From the NCBI GenBank assembly GCA_964247055.1, contig OZ176057.1, positions 4,960,001 through 5,024,000 of the forward strand: a stretch of 64,000 nucleotides of DNA, in the 5' to 3' direction. The notes beneath the pieces are model-generated. The model had not been told where the DNA came from and searched no databases. It saw nothing but the letters and a program-made list of their open reading frames with translations. The position numbers and the translations under genes are program-made. How positions within the stretch are numbered: position 1 is the first letter of the stretch; each line of letters opens with the position of its first letter. This document shows, piece by piece, positions 60,101 to 64,000 of the stretch. This DNA is from Paragordius varius. Taxonomy: Eukaryota; Animalia; Nematomorpha.

Positions 60101-63100
60101 TTTGTTAAGATAATATTAGTTTTTTCATAAATACCATCGTGTCGATATAAATGCTTTGTATAAATTTGCCCATATCTCGATTGTGTTAATAATGAAAAAC
60201 TTTTACTTTTTTAAAGTTTTATAAGTTTTTAAAGTGAAACAAAACTTGGTTGATATGAAAAGATTTAAATATTTAAAAATTAATTAATATTGGTTTAAAA
60301 CACCCGTTAATTTGATTAAAATGGCATAAATTTTGGTGATTATAATTATGGGTTATTAATTTATACCAAATATTATATATTCTATAAAGTCAAAATATAT
60401 GAGGTTTAATTTTGCCTATATCTATTTAATGAAAAAATTTTAAAAGTTTTTAAAGTGAATTAAAACTTGGTTGAAATGTCTTAAAAAATTGTTTAAAAAT
60501 TAATTAAATTTGGTTTAAAACACCCCTTAATTTGATTAAAATGCCACATAAACTTTGGTGATGTTTTATGTTTTTTTACTAAGTAAAAGCATATTTTTTA
60601 AGCCAAAATAATTGAAATTAAATTTACCCATCTCGATTGTGGTAATAATGAAAAAATTGTAAAAATTGTACTTTTTTAAAAAGTTTTTAAAGTGAATTCA
60701 AACTTGGTTGATATGAAAAAAAAATGGTTAAAAATTAATATTTGGTTTAAAATGCTTTAAACTTTGGTTTAAAACACCCTAATTTGATTAAAATGCCACA
60801 TAATTTGGTTATTATAATTATGAAAGATAAGTAATATTGTTTTATGTATTTTTACCAAGTAAAAGCATATTTTAATTCAAAATTGAGGTCGAGCCTATAT
60901 CTATTGTGGAAAAAATTCACTATAAAATTTTTTATAGATATGTAATAGATATGTAAATATTTATTTAAAATAAAATATTAGTTTCGTTATATTTTACTAG
61001 ACTGTAATACTTAGCTGATCATGTTCTTATTATTAATGTTTATTGTGAAATTTGTATATTTCGGTAAAAAAACACTAAAATCGGTTTAAAATGCCTTAAA
61101 AAACACTAAATTTGCTTGAAAATGAAGTAAATTTTTATTGAGATGGCATAAAATAAGATTGAGATAATAAGAATTTGTTTTTTATCGTATTTTTTTATAA
61201 ATATTAAACTTTTTAGGGACAAATCTGAGGTCGAATAAATTTACCCTTATTGATTCTAGTTAAAATAACTACTTAATTGGTTTAAAACAACACAAAATTT
61301 GGTTTTTAAGGCGGCTATATTAAGAGATAATTCTTGAAAAGTTAACAGAAGAATATTTAAAGTTTAATAAAGCCTGAAAATATACCATCATTTTTACTAG
61401 TTATAATATAGAATTGAAAATAACCCTTATTTACATAAATATATATATATATATATTGTGGTATTTTGAAGTTTTTTTCACATTAAAAATGGTTCATTTT
61501 AATTTATTCACTACAGAATTGTGTACTTTAAGGGGATAATTCGGGGTTTTTAGAGTCACGTAATATTGGTTTTACAAATTTTATACGCCCCCTTTTCTTT
61601 TTTTCTCATATGATTTATACTGGTTTTGCAAATTTTATACGCCTCCTTTTCTTTTTAACTACAACACGTTTATATGCGGCGCGCGAAAGCATATTATGAA
61701 ATAAGCATAATTTGCAGAATTATGCTGACTAAAATTAATCATATTATTTCTTAAACTAATTTTTTGTTAAATTAGTCTAATCAATTGACAAAAAACTAAT
61801 GAATATTGTTATGTTGTATTGATTGGGGTTTTACAATGTTACGTTAGTTTGAAATCTAATAAATTATTTATATATATAGTAAAAGTTGAAATTATACGGA
61901 CAAAACGTAAAAATATAAAGACAAATATTTGTTTTCAAAAGACAACCGCACTTTTTGAACCTAAATTTTTCCTATATTAAGATTTTACATACAACTGTAA
62001 AATATAAAATTGATTGTTTTACCAATATACATCTCTATTTGATACTTTGTTGTTTAAAACAATGAGTTATAATAAGGGATATAAAGATTTAAAAAGTATA
62101 ATTGTCTTTTAGATAGAAATATTTGTCAGTATATTTTTACATTTTGTTCGAATTCAATTTTTACTGTAAACATATATAATGCGGCCAGCGAAGCCATTTA
62201 TGTTACTATTATATATTGATTTTCTGTTTTTTATTTATTTAATTATATAATTACAGTAAAAATTTGTAATTATATGGACAAAAAGTAAAAATAAAAGACA
62301 AAAATTTTTTTTTCATAAAAAACCATACTTTTTTAAACCTATAAGCTATTTAATTACGAATGTAAGATTTGTGTTAGTACTATATAACAGGACTTGGAAC
62401 CGGTTTAAAAAAAGTGAAACCGGAACCGGTTATTTCCATTTAGAATCGGTTCCATTTTCGGTTCCTGACTTTTGATCAAATGATTTACAAAATTATTATT
62501 ATTATAATGATAAAATCAAAATATTAACAATTATAAATCAAACAATTTTATTCTAAATTGCCAAATGTGTATAGTAAAAAAAATATAGTCTAGCATAATA
62601 GATTAAACAATTATAAAAATACAATAGGAAAATATATAAGTACAAAGGTATAAATATTGAGAGTTAAATTAAGTATGGCATCTAAAAAAGCTTTTATTTA
62701 ACTTAAAAAATTATAGGACCAAGCAATTAGCTGGTCAAACTGCTTCTCAAGTCTGAAAATAGAAAATTAAGGGTGAAAAACTCAACGTCGATTTATATAA
62801 ATACGAACATATGTAATATAAATTAACTCGACTTATGACTATTAGTTTTTTTAGAACAGTCGATTCGCCCAAAATTCAGAGAGTATCGCCAATATAATAT
62901 TAGGCGCTTAGTTTTAGGTTTAACAATCAAATTTAAATAATAATAAAATGAAATTTTTATATGATAAAAATCATATGGGAACCAATGGAACCGGTTCTTG
63001 TTAAAATCCTAGGAATCGGGTTAGGGTTCTAAGCCCTGCTATATATCTATATTTCACACTTTTTAATATTAAACAATAAGTTATAATCAAAAAAATCAAG

Positions 63101-63321
63101 ATTTAACACGTATGGTCGGTCGTCTTTTAGAAAAACATTTCCATCTTTATATTTTTCAATTTTGTCCTTATAATTTCAATTTTTACTGTAAACATATATG
63201 ATGAGCCCAGCTAAGACATTTATGTTGGAAAGAAAGGCATAATTCTCCTTTTTTATTTCTTTAATTATACCATTTACAATTCGAATTTACCCTCATTTTA
63301 AGATTAAAAATCACCTATGTT

Positions 63322-63354
<33 letters not shown>

Positions 63355-64000
63355 TTTAAAAAATAAAAATTTTATTCGAATTAAAATAATACTGAATTAA
63401 TAATAAACTATGCCATAAACATATATTTCATATTAATAATGAGTTATATTTGCTGCCCGAAAACACATAATTTATTTTTAGGGTGAATTTGAATTGTTCA
63501 AGGGTGATGAATTTAAATTGTTCAAGGAGGGGGAATTTAAATTGTTCAATGGTAATTAATTTAAATTGTTCAAGGTTGAATTTGAATTTGAACTGTTCAA
63601 GGGTGATGAATTTGAATTGTTTAAGGGTGAATTTAAACTGTTCAAGGGTGAATTTGAATTGTTTAAGGGTAATGAATTTGAATTGTTCAAGGATCAATTT
63701 GAATTGTTTAAGGGTGAATATAAATTGTTCAAGTGGGAATTTGAATTGTTCAAGGTTGAATTTGAATTTGAACTGTTCAAGGGTGATGAATTTGAATTGT
63801 TCAACGGTGATGAATTTAAACTGTAAATGGTATATATAATTATATTTAAAACGTCAAAAAAATATAGTATCATAAAGTTTTCCTAAAAACTCCAAATATA
63901 ATTGATTCTCTTTTGATTTTTATTTTACATTTTTACTTTTTTTGTGTAAAGGAAAGAGCCGACACCCTATTCAAGCAAGTGAATGAAGCTCAAGGTCTTA
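57144..64000 (+). CDS. GTF2B: Transcription initiation factor IIB, 5' part: exons 57144-57172, 57528-57638, 58341-58422, 59827-60030, 63952->64000 (continues past the window)
   Basis: Zn ribbon [30 protein letters not shown]|[21 protein letters not shown]|[23 protein letters not shown]|[10 protein letters not shown]. Confidence 0.96.
57826..58328. mobile_element. MITE family A with ~12 units in the right arm, truncated at the GTF2B intron-2 acceptor
   Basis: Array 58070-58325 runs into TTTTCATATATTTAG|exon 3; no terminal GTAAATGG. Confidence 0.8.
59145..59480. mobile_element. MITE family A (ends eroded)
   Basis: Arms and core recognisable; boundaries approximate. Confidence 0.65.
60014..60915 (+). 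repeat. Tandem ~150-270-bp units that each begin with a copy of the GTF2B exon-4 end / donor site
   Basis: Unit starts at ~60014, 60168, 60413, 60625 and 60893. 60625-60654 is identical to 60014-60043. Confidence 0.8.
61877..62166. mobile_element. MITE family B
   Basis: TAGTAAAAGTTGAAATTATACGGACAAAACG ... CAATTTTTACTG|TA. Confidence 0.85.
62254..63188. mobile_element. MITE family B interrupted by a hAT-like insert
   Basis: Left arm 62254-62387; centre and right arm 63039-63188. Confidence 0.8.
62388..63038. mobile_element. Non-autonomous hAT-like element, 8-bp TSD
   Basis: TIR CAGGACTTGGAACC vs rc CAGGGCTTAGAACC. TSD CTATATAA/CTATATAT (7/8). Subterminal GGAACCGGTT motifs at both ends. Confidence 0.85.
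63270..63830. mobile_element. MITE family A whose right arm mixes 21-bp and 24-bp (+GAT) units
   Basis: TA|CCATTTAC ... AAGGGTGATGAATTTGAATTGTTC variants ... CTGTAAATGG|TA. Confidence 0.88.

Noticed and set aside
1-64000. Naming the source species
   Set aside because: Gene content shows an animal with a very AT-rich genome. A parasitic or fast-evolving invertebrate (e.g. a nematomorph) is plausible but cannot be established from this window without a search.

Overview
This window comes from a very AT-rich, intron-containing animal nuclear genome; it is not prokaryotic, and I found no CRISPR, rRNA or convincing tRNA. I spliced six genes by hand, and every complete model closes in frame: TSR3 (+, 1030-2459), a giant PIAS SUMO E3 ligase (+, 8931-30144, 22 exons, ~1781 aa), MEIOB (-, 33897-30335, 12 coding exons, ~513 aa), a FATP/SLC27 acyl-CoA synthetase (+, 38319-41960, 3 exons, ~822 aa), an R3HDM4-like gene (-, 57058-44824, 8 exons, ~467 aa) and TFIIB/GTF2B (+, from 57144, running off the window end). 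A decayed RTE-type LINE (~3.3-7.1 kb) is split by a hAT-like insert. Introns and intergenic DNA hold roughly 50 MITE copies from several families, often nested. The most unusual signal is splicing architecture: obligatory 22-35-nt micro-introns coexist with kb-scale MITE-filled introns, only 9 of 48 donors have the normally conserved +5 G, and one intron needs either a GAG acceptor or a 14-nt length. All gene models are manual and lack RNA evidence. Statements about homolog intron positions are from memory and need an alignment check.
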